Shown: positions 38,781 to 47,014 of the stretch, one piece after another
How positions within the stretch are numbered: position 1 is the first letter of the stretch
Layout of the letters: the number at the start of each line of letters is the position of its first letter
Translations under genes and position numbers: made by a program
The notes under the pieces: generated by a model
Told to the model about the DNA's origin: nothing
Seen by the model: the letters and a program-made list of their open reading frames with translations, nothing else
Database searches by the model: none
NCBI GenBank assembly: GCA_037142615.1
Contig: JBAXAI010000009.1
Coordinates: 58,460 to 122,459, forward strand
Reading direction: 5' to 3'
DNA from: Spirochaetales bacterium
Lineage (GTDB): Bacteria; Spirochaetota; Spirochaetia; JABEVK01
DNA: 64,000 nucleotides

Positions 38781-38808
38781 CGGCGGCATAAGTTGCATTA
38801 TGTTGCAC
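38781..38808 (+). other. dif-like (XerC/XerD-type) site
   Basis: CGGCGGCATAA-GTTGCA-TTATGTTGCAC versus E. coli dif GGTGCGCATAA-TGTATA-TTATGTTAAAT. Confidence 0.5.
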
Positions 38809-38875
38809 CTTTTCCTGTCCATTATGTCGTACCTCTTGGACTTGCACCCTGTGCGCCAATGGCGTACATTGAAGC

Positions 38876-38991
38876 ATGGAACTCATTGAGACTTCGATCT
38901 TTACGCGACTGATCGAAACCCTGCTCGATGCGGAACATTAGCGGAGCAGAAATCGGTGCTGACCAAGTTGGTCAAGGATGAGTGGAAATGA
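38876..38991 (+). pseudogene. HigB/RelE-like toxin pseudogene (internal ~200-bp deletion and stop)
   Basis: MELIETSIFTRLIETLLDAEH* joined directly to the ...EQKSVLTKLVKDEWK* tail; compare the intact copy at 42441-42758. Confidence 0.85.
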
Positions 38992-39278
38992 AAGACGAGG
39001 ATTTTGCAGAACTGGTCGAAAGCGTCAAAGAGGCTGGAGCCATCATGCGGGGCGATGTTCAGCCCCGCCGCCGGATCGAGGTCACCAGCCTCGACATCAA
39101 AGCAATCCGCGAAGGAACCAAGAAGTCACAGAATGAGTTCGCCCTGATGATCGGAGTGAGTCTGGGAACCCTCCGCAATTGGGAGCAAGGACGCCGAAAG
39201 CCCGATGGTCCGGCCCGTGCTCTTCTCAAGGTCGTTGCCCGGGACCCAGCCTACGTGGAGCAGGTCCTGACTCACTGA
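38988..39278 (+). CDS. HigA-like HTH (XRE) antitoxin, copy 1
   Basis: IKAIRE..SQNEFALMIGVSLGTLRNWEQGRRKPDGPARALL. Confidence 0.88.
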   Translation: MKDEDFAELVESVKEAGAIMRGDVQPRRRIEVTSLDIKAIREGTKKSQNEFALMIGVSLGTLRNWEQGRRKPDGPARALLKVVARDPAYVEQVLTH

Positions 39279-39301
39279 GAACTGACGCCAGTATCGACGG
39301 C
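39249..39301 (+). repeat. 53-bp right-end repeat, copy 1 (higA tail + CTGACGCCAGTATCGACGGC; copy 2 at 46521-46573)
   Basis: 49/53 identical to 46521-46573 by manual alignment. Confidence 0.9.
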
Positions 39302-39303
39302 AA

Positions 39304-39346
39304 TTGAATATCTCCAGAAAGTATCGTATACTGATACTTTCTGGAG
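39304..39346 (+). promoter_or_regulatory. AbiE operon promoter with perfect 14-bp inverted repeat operator
   Basis: TTGAAT-17-TATACT; CTCCAGAAAGTATC-7 bp-GATACTTTCTGGAG (39312-39346). Confidence 0.8.
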
Positions 39347-39351
39347 GTGAT

Positions 39352-39939
39352 TTGCTCAAAGACACTCTGGGCCTGATGCAAGACCTCGCCGCATACGGGA
39401 ACCCCAAGACCAAGCTCAGTCGCCTGGTCAAGTCGGGTGCCGTCACGCAGGTTCGTCGCGGTCTGTACGTCGAAGGCTCCCCACCGCCGCCAATCGCCCT
39501 CGCGCCGGTGATCTATGGTCCGTCCTACCTTTCGTTCGAGTTCGCCTTGGCGTTCCACAGACTTATTCCTGAGCGGGTTTCCGTTTTCACCTCGGCCGCT
39601 TACGGCAAAAACAAAGACAAGGCCTTCACAACGCCCTACGGCGAGTTCACCTACGCCTACCTGCCCAGGGCCGCCTACCCGTACGGCCTCGAGCGAAAGG
39701 AGGAAGGGGGCTATCACTTTCTGATCGCTTGCCCCGAGAAAGCTCTGGCCGACGTGGTCTACAAGCGTTCGGGAATCCAAAGTCCCGGTGATGTCCGTGA
39801 CCTGCTTTTCGACGACTTGCGTATCGAGCCGTCAAGCCTGCACGCTTTTGATTGGAATCAGATTCGGGACTGGAGCCCCCTGTATGGGGGGCGTTCCGTA
39901 AAAGCTCTCGCAAACTGGGGGTCGATGACTTATGCCTAA
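39352..39939 (+). CDS. AbiEi-type type IV antitoxin / transcriptional regulator
   Basis: RLVKSG..QVRRGLY, PSYLSFEFALAFHRLIPE, IACPEKALAD; TTG start is inferred. Confidence 0.82.
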   Translation: MLKDTLGLMQDLAAYGNPKTKLSRLVKSGAVTQVRRGLYVEGSPPPPIALAPVIYGPSYLSFEFALAFHRLIPERVSVFTSAAYGKNKDKAFTTPYGEFTYAYLPRAAYPYGLERKEEGGYHFLIACPEKALADVVYKRSGIQSPGDVRDLLFDDLRIEPSSLHAFDWNQIRDWSPLYGGRSVKALANWGSMTYA

Positions 39940-40789
39940 TCCTGTCCAAGATATGCTTGCTGGCTACCAGTGCAAAACGGCCGATGACTACCGCAATGCG
40001 CTGAAGGAAATCATCCAGGAGATCACCCTGCTCGGTTTGTCGCGCTCGGGGTTCTTCGGCCATGGCGCCTTCTATGGGGGCACTGCCCTGCGGATCTTCC
40101 ACGGGCTCGACCGCTTCTCCGAAGACCTCGACTTCACTCTTTCGTCGCCCGATCCTGAGTTTTCTATCCAGAACTACACGAGGGCCGTCCGGGACGAACT
40201 CGCCGCGTACGGTTTTGAGGTACAGGTCGAGAAAAAGGAGAAGTCGCCTGACACGGCCATTCATTCTGCGTTTATCAAGGGTGGCACGCTCATCCATCTG
40301 CTCAAGGTCGCCTCGCTCACACCTCCGGTGTCGGGGGTTCCACCGACCGAGCAGCTCAAAATCAAGTTCGAGGTTGATACCGACCCTCCCGCCGGGGCCA
40401 CGTACCAGGTGAAGTACCAGCTCAATCCCATTCCGTACTCGGTGCGGTTATACGACCTTCCCTCGTTGTTTGCGGGAAAGCTTCATGCCGTCCTCTGCCG
40501 CCAATGGAAGTCGAGGGTGAAGGGCCGTGACTTCTACGACCTTCTGTGGTACCTGTCGAAGTCGGTGGCGCCGAATCTTGTCCATCTCGAAAACCGGATG
40601 CGCCAGTCCGGCCATTGGGACAGCTCTGAATCCCTGGATCGGCACCGTCTGTTGCAGTTGCTTCTTGAGCGGTACGCCCAAGTGGACTTTGCCCAAGCCG
40701 CGAACGACGCGCGGCCTTTTGTCCGCGATCAGCGCAGCCTTGAGCTTTGGAGCTCGGATTTCTTCGAGGCGGTCACGTTGGATCGGTGA
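39932..40789 (+). CDS. AbiEii/AbiGii nucleotidyltransferase toxin
   Basis: FYGGTALRIFHGLDRFSEDLDF, AGKLHAVLCR, KGRDFYDLLWY. Confidence 0.88.
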   Translation: MPNPVQDMLAGYQCKTADDYRNALKEIIQEITLLGLSRSGFFGHGAFYGGTALRIFHGLDRFSEDLDFTLSSPDPEFSIQNYTRAVRDELAAYGFEVQVEKKEKSPDTAIHSAFIKGGTLIHLLKVASLTPPVSGVPPTEQLKIKFEVDTDPPAGATYQVKYQLNPIPYSVRLYDLPSLFAGKLHAVLCRQWKSRVKGRDFYDLLWYLSKSVAPNLVHLENRMRQSGHWDSSESLDRHRLLQLLLERYAQVDFAQAANDARPFVRDQRSLELWSSDFFEAVTLDR

Positions 40790-40802
40790 TCTATTGGTTC
40801 AA

Positions 40803-41609
40803 CTATGCCGGGGGGCTCAGCCGAAAGTCAGTGGGGGACTGCCCAACCAACTTGCGAAAGAACCTCGAGAAATAGGCCTGGTCGGTAAACCGGAGCCGGT
40901 TGGAGATCTCTCCTATCGTCAGCCCGGTGTGCGTCAGGAGCCGCTTGGCTTCAAGAACAAGGTGGTTCTGAATGAGCTGACTCGGCGAGAACTTCAGCAG
41001 CTTTCGAAACGACGCCGCAAGGTGGTCCGGGGTGACGCCCAAGCGGCTTGCATAGTCGGCGATCTGGCGATGGTGGAGGAACTCTTCAGAGACCATGAGG
41101 CAGTATTCCTCGACGAGACGGCGGGTCGCATTGGCCGGAACGCCGGCCCAGAAGTCGGGGTACTTGCGCTGTAGCGTCACCAGCAGAATCCTGAGGAGCG
41201 ACTTTTGAACGACGGTCGCCCCGAAGTCTCCAGTCCCGGTTTCGCTTTCCAACTGCAGGAAGAGTAACTCCAGGACCGACCGGTCTGCGGCTTCGACCTT
41301 GAGCTCAGGCTGACGGTCGATGGTGTGGAAATAGCCGAGAGTGCGCAAGAGTCGCTGGTCTGGCGGACCGCCATCGAGAAAGTCGATTGAAAACCGAAGT
41401 TACCAACCAGAAAAGTCCGGACTCCGCGTCCAACCCCCGGCTCGCCTCGGTGCCCAGAAGTAGAAGCAGCCCGCTGTTGCCCGGTGGGACTCGAAGTCGA
41501 TCGTGACCTCGGCGTTTCCACGCGTCACCCAGAGCAGTTGGTAATCGTCGTTGGTCGCCAACCGCCTCTCCGGATCGAACGGCTGGAGTTGCCTGACCAA
41601 GATACTCAT
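40803..41609 (-). pseudogene. AraC family regulator interrupted by one in-frame TAA (41400-41402)
   Basis: Cupin N-part (YQLLWVTRG..TIDF) and HTH C-part (YASRLGVTPDHL...FTDQAYFSRFFRK) are in the same frame, separated by GW*LRFSIDFL. Confidence 0.8.
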
Positions 41610-41744
41610 GGGCCTAACATGGACCGAGCCAACTGAGGCATTCAAGTCCCCTTGTGGTCATTTCTCGGAAAAGTGCCAAGAAATCCGGTTTGCGTGCATG
41701 GGAGGTCTTGGAAGATCCGAATACTTTATCCACAAGGAGTTAAT

Positions 41745-42230
41745 ATGGAAATATCGAAGAAAGGATCGCCGGCTGGTTTAATGGCCAAGATCGGAGCCGT
41801 ACTGTTTCTCATTTGGAGCATCTTGCATGTCTATGTCGGCGTCGCGGGGCTGATTGCCTTTTTGACCGCGCCGGTGAGTTCTCAGTTCCAAATGCTGTTC
41901 GGTGGAGCCAATGCCACGTGGAGTGAGATCGTGCTTCCCACCGACAAGGTTACGCTCAACGCCCTGTCTCACCTGTTTGGGAACTTTGTCGTCGATGTGG
42001 GAGGCTACGGTGTGCTCGGCATAATCGTTGCGTGGATGATCTGGAAGCAGGGTTCTTGGCTCGGGTACCTCATCGGTGCCGTTGCCATCGGAATCTGCGA
42101 CTTGGCTTTCACGTTCTTCCTGGTAACGCCCGGCATCATCACCCTCGACCTGGCTAGCGTTTCAGGCCCTGTGATTTGGGTGGTCGCCGTCGTTCTCACA
42201 CCGTTTGGGTTGCCCCGCAAAGCTGTTTGA
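41745..42230 (+). CDS. Hypothetical membrane protein (~4 TM)
   Basis: RBS AAGGAG, hydrophobic segments; divergent from the AraC pseudogene. Confidence 0.75.
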   Translation: MEISKKGSPAGLMAKIGAVLFLIWSILHVYVGVAGLIAFLTAPVSSQFQMLFGGANATWSEIVLPTDKVTLNALSHLFGNFVVDVGGYGVLGIIVAWMIWKQGSWLGYLIGAVAIGICDLAFTFFLVTPGIITLDLASVSGPVIWVVAVVLTPFGLPRKAV

Positions 42231-42406
42231 AACGGACTCAACCACGGATCGCCAATGCAAATCGAAGCAGGTTTCCGAACCTCTCGCGCCCAGGGCTCAA
42301 GGTGATTCTGTGATTGAGATCCTCGGCGACTTTCCCGACTTGGAAGCTTCTGGCCCCCGGGTATGAGACTTTGGGGTGTCCCGCAGCTTATGTGGTCAAT
42401 TGCGAC

Positions 42407-42435
42407 TTGCTTGCTATGCGCCAATGGCGTATATT
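42407..42435 (+). promoter_or_regulatory. HigBA promoter/operator (equivalent site at 38842-38870)
   Basis: TTGCTT-17-TATATT with palindrome TGCGCCAATGGCGTA; ATG only 5 nt after the -10, suggesting a leaderless mRNA. Confidence 0.65.
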
Positions 42436-42440
42436 TGATC

Positions 42441-42758
42441 ATGGAGTTCCTTGAGACCTCGGTCTTCACGCGGCTCATCGATACCTTGCTCGACTCGGAT
42501 CAATACCGGGCACTTCAGGATGCACTTATCCTCCGTCCGGAGGCGGGCGACCTAATTCAGGGCACCGTAGGGCTCCGCAAGGTCCGGTGGGGCGCGGAAG
42601 GCCGAGGGAAACGTGGCGGCCTGAGGGTTATCTATTACTTCAAAAACGACCGCGGACAGATCTACTTCTTGTACGCGTACCCGAAGCACAAGCAGGAAGA
42701 TCTGTCGGTGGAGCAAAGATCGGTGCTGACCAAGTTGGTCAAGGACGAGTGGAAATGA
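42441..42758 (+). CDS. HigB/RelE-family toxin
   Basis: AGDLIQGTVGLRKVRW..GRGKRGGLRVIYY...YAYPK..EDLS. Confidence 0.88.
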   Translation: MEFLETSVFTRLIDTLLDSDQYRALQDALILRPEAGDLIQGTVGLRKVRWGAEGRGKRGGLRVIYYFKNDRGQIYFLYAYPKHKQEDLSVEQRSVLTKLVKDEWK

Positions 42759-43045
42759 AAGACGAGGATTTTGCTGAACTGGTCGAAAGCGTCAAAGAGG
42801 CCGGTGCGATTATGCGAGGCGAGGCACAGCCCAGTCGCAGGATTGAGGTCACCAGCTTGGACATCAAAGCAATCCGTGAGGGAACCAAGAAGTCTCAAAA
42901 CGAGTTTGCCCTCATGATCGGTGTCAGCCTGGGAACCCTACGCAATTGGGAACAGGGACGTCGGAGGCCTGACGGTCCGGCTCGTGCTCTTCTTAAGGTC
43001 GTTGCCCAGGACCCAGCCTACGTGGAGCAGGTTCTGACGCACTGA
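42755..43045 (+). CDS. HigA-like HTH antitoxin, copy 2
   Basis: Near-identical protein to 38988-39278; ATGA overlap with the toxin. Confidence 0.88.
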   Translation: MKDEDFAELVESVKEAGAIMRGEAQPSRRIEVTSLDIKAIREGTKKSQNEFALMIGVSLGTLRNWEQGRRRPDGPARALLKVVAQDPAYVEQVLTH

Positions 43046-43060
43046 CAACGACCCCAGAGG

Positions 43061-43564
43061 CTAGATTTCTGGTCTTGCCTTGGCGTCAACGAGCTCGGCG
43101 ACAGTGACGAACAGACGCATTGGTTCATCCAAGAACTGATGGAAGCCAACATGCCGGTAGAACCCCAGGGCTTCGTCGTCGAGAGCATCGACGATGACTG
43201 CGAAGATTGCCACTTCGCCGCACGCCAAAATCACCTTCTCGAAGGCCTGCCGCAATAGCCACGATCCGACGCCTTTTCCCTTGTCACGGGCAGCAAGCTT
43301 TCCGATCAACGCGACGGGGAGCGGATATTTTCCAAGTCCCCGCCGGACAGACTCTGGCCAATAAGGGCTTTCGACGTGGCCCGAGCTGAGCGTAAAGTAG
43401 CCTACGACATTTTCAGCCTCATCGATGGCGACAAAGGCCCGGCTTATTCCCGCAGCGTCATTCTTGAGGGCGTAGTGTTTGAAGTAGTCGTCCAGGGAAG
43501 GTTTGCCGCAGTGGAACGGCCTCTTGGCCCAGCTCCGAGAGATTCGTTCGAGACGAAAGCTCAT
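43061..43564 (-). CDS. GNAT acetyltransferase toxin (TacT/AtaT-like)
   Basis: FHCGKPSLDDY, VGYFTL, PVALIGKLA, GKGVG, IVDALDDEALGFYRHVGF. Confidence 0.85.
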   Translation of the reverse strand: MSFRLERISRSWAKRPFHCGKPSLDDYFKHYALKNDAAGISRAFVAIDEAENVVGYFTLSSGHVESPYWPESVRRGLGKYPLPVALIGKLAARDKGKGVGSWLLRQAFEKVILACGEVAIFAVIVDALDDEALGFYRHVGFHQFLDEPMRLFVTVAELVDAKARPEI

Positions 43565-43830
43565 GGGTTGGTTTGAGCGAAAAACCGCCGGAGTTCCTTG
43601 TTGGGTTCCGGGGGCGAGCTGATCGCGGCTAAGAACGCTGCGCTGTCCTGCTCTTTTAGCGTGAAGGTCTGGCTTTGGGTGACCTCTTCCTCGGCACGCT
43701 TCAGCATGGTCTCAAGCACACAAGCAGAGATCGTCTTGTTGGCCAGGCGGGCCGCCCGCTCGAGCAAATCCTTGGCCGGACGAGAAGCTCTCAGTTCGAT
43801 GCGGGCATCAGCCTTGATGGAAGCATGCAT
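43561..43830 (-). CDS. DUF1778 RHH antitoxin
   Basis: ARIELRA...LERAARL..TISA...FLAAISSPPEPNKEL; upstream of the GNAT gene. Confidence 0.85.
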   Translation of the reverse strand: MHASIKADARIELRASRPAKDLLERAARLANKTISACVLETMLKRAEEEVTQSQTFTLKEQDSAAFLAAISSPPEPNKELRRFFAQTNP

Positions 43831-43861
43831 ACTGACCACTCCTGAGTACAGAAGATATTAC

Positions 43862-43888
43862 AATTGTACGGCATATGTCCATACAATT
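43862..43888. promoter_or_regulatory. Operator of the DUF1778/GNAT TA pair
   Basis: AATTGTACGG-CATATGT-CCATACAATT inverted repeat (one mismatch). Confidence 0.65.
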
Positions 43889-43974
43889 TCCGATTTCCGT
43901 CGCCGCTCAATCCACCACAACCGACCACAGGCGCGCACGTGCCGCCAACGGGAAGGGCGAGTCCCCGAAAGCCC

Positions 43975-44037
43975 CTGACGCCGATATTGATGCCTTTTGG
44001 TTTGCCTCACTGGTGGAACGGAATGTGGCGAGATTTC
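43975..44037 (+). repeat. 63-bp left-end repeat, copy 2
   Basis: CTGACGCCGATATTGATGCCTTTTGG...GAGATTTC. Confidence 0.9.
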
Positions 44038-44107
44038 CGAATTGCGCAGCAATCTCGCCTTCTCAAACTCTACTTGAGCTGTCGGAACGCCGAGGCCCCT
44101 GAGAAGT

Positions 44108-44548
44108 TCAACTTCGGGGAATCCGCTTCCAGAACTCGGCCATCTGCGTCAGCTCAAGCTCGGAGAAGTGTTGAAGAAAGTACGAGTTCACGATCTTCAC
44201 GTGCGCCTTAAGCGCCCTCTCAAAGTGTTCCTGGCCCTGGAGACTCAGCACCGCGTAGGCGCCGCGGCGATCCTCGGGAGCCACCTCTTTGGTAACGTAC
44301 CCAGCCTTCTCCAGCCGGTCGACCAGCCGGCTGACACCGCTGCGCGTCAAAACGCTGTCAGCGGCGAGGTCCTGGATGCGGGCTCTGTGATCCTGAGCCC
44401 AGCCTAGGCGCAACAAGACTTCAAACTCCGGGTGCGAGATCTGGAACTTTTCCTGGAGGTCACTTTCGATGAAGCCCATCATCCGGCTATGGGCCCACAG
44501 AAGCCCTCCCCAAGAATCCTGTTCCAGTGGCGTGAATGGCTCATTCAT
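44108..44548 (-). CDS. MarR family transcriptional regulator
   Basis: EFEVLLRL, LTRSGVSRLVDRLEKAGYV, EDRRG. Confidence 0.9.
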   Translation of the reverse strand: MNEPFTPLEQDSWGGLLWAHSRMMGFIESDLQEKFQISHPEFEVLLRLGWAQDHRARIQDLAADSVLTRSGVSRLVDRLEKAGYVTKEVAPEDRRGAYAVLSLQGQEHFERALKAHVKIVNSYFLQHFSELELTQMAEFWKRIPRS

Positions 44549-44573
44549 AATTCCTGACCTTTCTGCTTGACAA

Positions 44574-44589
44574 CTGCGTGCGCACGCAG
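44574..44589. promoter_or_regulatory. MarR operator, perfect palindrome CTGCGTGCGCACGCAG
   Basis: 16-bp palindrome directly after TTGACA (44567-44572) in the divergent intergenic region. Confidence 0.75.
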
Positions 44590-44654
44590 GTAGTTTGTTT
44601 TGAGTGCCTGAGCACATAACTAGACTACTATAGATTGGCGGGAGGAAGAAGGCT

Positions 44655-45260
44655 ATGACCACCGGAAAGAATCGACTGGAAGCGTTCAGCGACGGCATGT
44701 TTGCCATCATCCTCACGGTGCTGGTGCTGGAACTGAAGGTGCCCCAGTTGGCTGACTCCTCGTTCCCGACCTTCTTGGCGGCGATGGGTGAAATTGCTCC
44801 CAAGCTTCTGAGCTTCTTGTTCAGCTTCTTCATCCTGGCCATCTTCTGGGTCAACCATCACCACCTCGTCCACGCCATTCAGAAGGTGGACGCGAAGCTC
44901 CTGTGGCTCAACATGTTCTTGTTGTTTTTCGCTTGCCTGTTTCCGTTCCTGACGGCCTTCATCGGTGACTACCCGCTCAACTCATGGGTGGTGGCGCTGT
45001 TCCCGCTCAACATGGCGATGTCGTCGGTGGTGCTGCGCGCGTTCTGGAAGCACGCCTTTGTTGACAGCAACTTGGCACCGAACACTTTGACCGCTGCCGA
45101 GAAGAAAGCTCGCCTTCGCCAGGAGACGATCGCGGCGCTAGTCAATCTGGTTTCAGCGGCCCTGGCGTTCGTTTGGGTGCCGATCACCCTGGCCATCATG
45201 ATTGTGATGCCCTTTTTGTTTGTCGTTCCGGAGTTGATCCGCAACAAGTCTGAGGAGTAA
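44655..45260 (+). CDS. TMEM175 (DUF1211) family potassium channel-like protein
   Basis: RLEAFSDGMFAIILTVLVLEL signature, FWVNHH, LLWLN. Confidence 0.88.
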   Translation: MTTGKNRLEAFSDGMFAIILTVLVLELKVPQLADSSFPTFLAAMGEIAPKLLSFLFSFFILAIFWVNHHHLVHAIQKVDAKLLWLNMFLLFFACLFPFLTAFIGDYPLNSWVVALFPLNMAMSSVVLRAFWKHAFVDSNLAPNTLTAAEKKARLRQETIAALVNLVSAALAFVWVPITLAIMIVMPFLFVVPELIRNKSEE

Positions 45261-45270
45261 GGAGTTTCTG

Positions 45271-45636
45271 ATGAGCGATACGAAGAAACTGGTCCCCGTG
45301 TGGACCCGCATTCTGACGGCCTTTTTGGGCTTGGCAAACACAGCCTTCGGCGTGATGGGGTATGTCACGGCAAATGGCGTTGACTTGGCCCAGCAGTTCT
45401 CAGCCCGCAACACCGCCATTGGCTTGGCCATCCTGTTGGTCAGCGTCGCCGGCGTTCCCGAAAGCATTGCGATCACGATGCTGATCCGCTTGCTGATCGA
45501 GGGCCAAGACCTGGTCCTGGGTGTTCTCAAGTCCGGTCTGACGATGGGAGTCCTCATGCCCTTGGGCTTCATGGTGGTCGAGGCGGTCATCTTCGTGACG
45601 ATGTTCCGGGCCGCCAACCAGAAATCTCATGCGTAA
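45271..45636 (+). CDS. Small hypothetical membrane protein
   Basis: RBS AAGGAG; about four hydrophobic segments, ARNTAIGL. Confidence 0.7.
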   Translation: MSDTKKLVPVWTRILTAFLGLANTAFGVMGYVTANGVDLAQQFSARNTAIGLAILLVSVAGVPESIAITMLIRLLIEGQDLVLGVLKSGLTMGVLMPLGFMVVEAVIFVTMFRAANQKSHA

Positions 45637-46474
45637 ACTGGCGCTGATTACTGGGGCCACCGATGGCATCGGAAAAGCCACCCTCTGGCGTTTTGCGCGG
45701 GAGGGCTGGGCGGTCGTTGCGGTGGGAAGGGATGTTGGAAAGCTGGCGAACGTTGCTCGCGAACTTCGAGAACAGGTTCCCGGGGCCGAGGTCGAGACGC
45801 TTCAGGCTGACCTCGGAATCATGGAAGAGGTTGTGGCCGTGTGCGACCGATTCTTGGCTTCCCACCAGACCCTGGACCTGCTCTTTCTCAACGCCAACAC
45901 CATCACCCAGGAGCGAACGATCAGTTCCGAAGGCTTCGAGGCCAACCTCGCCGTGGGGCACCTCGGGCGCGCCCTGATGGCATGGAAGCTGGAGTCGATC
46001 CTGGCCGCGACGCCCGGATCTCAGATTCTCTGTACCGTGGGGTTGAACCTTGAACGACTCGACTTTGAAGACCTGACGATGGGCAAGAACTTCAGGGCGA
46101 TGGTGGCGTTGGGACGCTGGCAGTGGGCCAACCAGGTTTTCAGTCGAGTGTGGAACCGGAGCAGCAAGGTGCCGATGAACATTTTCATGCCGGGGTTAGT
46201 CAAAACCAAGATCCTGAGCACCGAGCCGGGCTTCCAACGGGTTCTCATCTTGTTGGTAATGACATTTGTAGCCATTTCAACTCGAAAAGCTGCAGAACAG
46301 GTCTTTTCCACCGTGTCGCAGGCAACCGAACAGCTGTCACGTGATCACTATTACGCGACGGGCCAAGACAAAGGAACACGTCCTTTGGCCATGGAAATTG
46401 GTGATGAAGACCGGGTCTGGTCGGTGACCAAGGACCAGTTATCACGGTTCCTGGTCAGCAGATCCGGGACTTAG
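45629..46474 (+). CDS. Short-chain dehydrogenase/reductase
   Basis: ITGATDGIG, ADL, PGLVKT; canonical YxxxK not evident. Confidence 0.8.
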   Translation: MRKLALITGATDGIGKATLWRFAREGWAVVAVGRDVGKLANVARELREQVPGAEVETLQADLGIMEEVVAVCDRFLASHQTLDLLFLNANTITQERTISSEGFEANLAVGHLGRALMAWKLESILAATPGSQILCTVGLNLERLDFEDLTMGKNFRAMVALGRWQWANQVFSRVWNRSSKVPMNIFMPGLVKTKILSTEPGFQRVLILLVMTFVAISTRKAAEQVFSTVSQATEQLSRDHYYATGQDKGTRPLAMEIGDEDRVWSVTKDQLSRFLVSRSGT

Positions 46475-46520
46475 TGACTCTCGGCTTGACCTGAATCGCC
46501 ACGGGGTTCACAGACAACCG

Positions 46521-46573
46521 GCCTACGTGGAGCAGGTTCTGACTCACTGAAATCTGACGCCAGCATCGACGGC
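46521..46573 (+). repeat. 53-bp right-end repeat, copy 2 (isolated higA 3' remnant)
   Basis: GCCTACGTGGAGCAGGTTCTGACTCACTGA...CTGACGCCAGCATCGACGGC. Confidence 0.88.
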
Positions 46574-46619
46574 GCTTCGTACCTGCGCACGTAAGCCGTG
46601 GGGCCGCTTCCTCAGCGCC

Positions 46620-46958
46620 CCCCTGTAATTTGATGGAAACCTCGATCTCCCAGGTCTTCTTGAGACGAAACTGCCGACGATCGGTTAGGACCGTTTCACA
46701 GCGGCAGGCAAAGGCATCCCCCTTGGGGTCGTCCCACCGGTCGGCAACCCAGTTGCGATTCTTCATCGCCTCGAGCAAGAGCTTGTTCCCCAGGAGGCCG
46801 TGGGCGTTGATTCCACGAACCGAAAGCCACCGATCCAGTTCGCTGCGCAGCTTGTCGGCCATCGGGTGCATACCGCGCATGGGAGTGGTGATGCGAATCC
46901 CCAGGTAACCGACAGCAGTTCGCTCAAGGAGGTAAGGCTCTTTCGTGATCGTCAACAT
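46620..46958 (-). pseudogene. GyrI-like small-molecule-binding protein, internally deleted (3' boundary approximate)
   Basis: N-part YLGIRITTPM...RWL and C-part DRWDDPKGDAF...WEIEVSIKL; the middle strand region appears to be missing. Confidence 0.55.
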
Positions 46959-47014
46959 CGCTGCACCAAGGCGAAGTCAGAGGGCGTCTGCCACCTGGTT
47001 CGCTAAGTTCAAGC

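Noticed and set aside
41400-41402. Programmed readthrough or selenocysteine at the AraC internal stop
   Set aside because: The codon is TAA, not TGA or TAG; a nonsense mutation or sequencing error is simpler.
36126-46573. CRISPR array interpretation of the repeats
   Set aside because: Only two copies of each repeat, kilobases apart; no cas genes.
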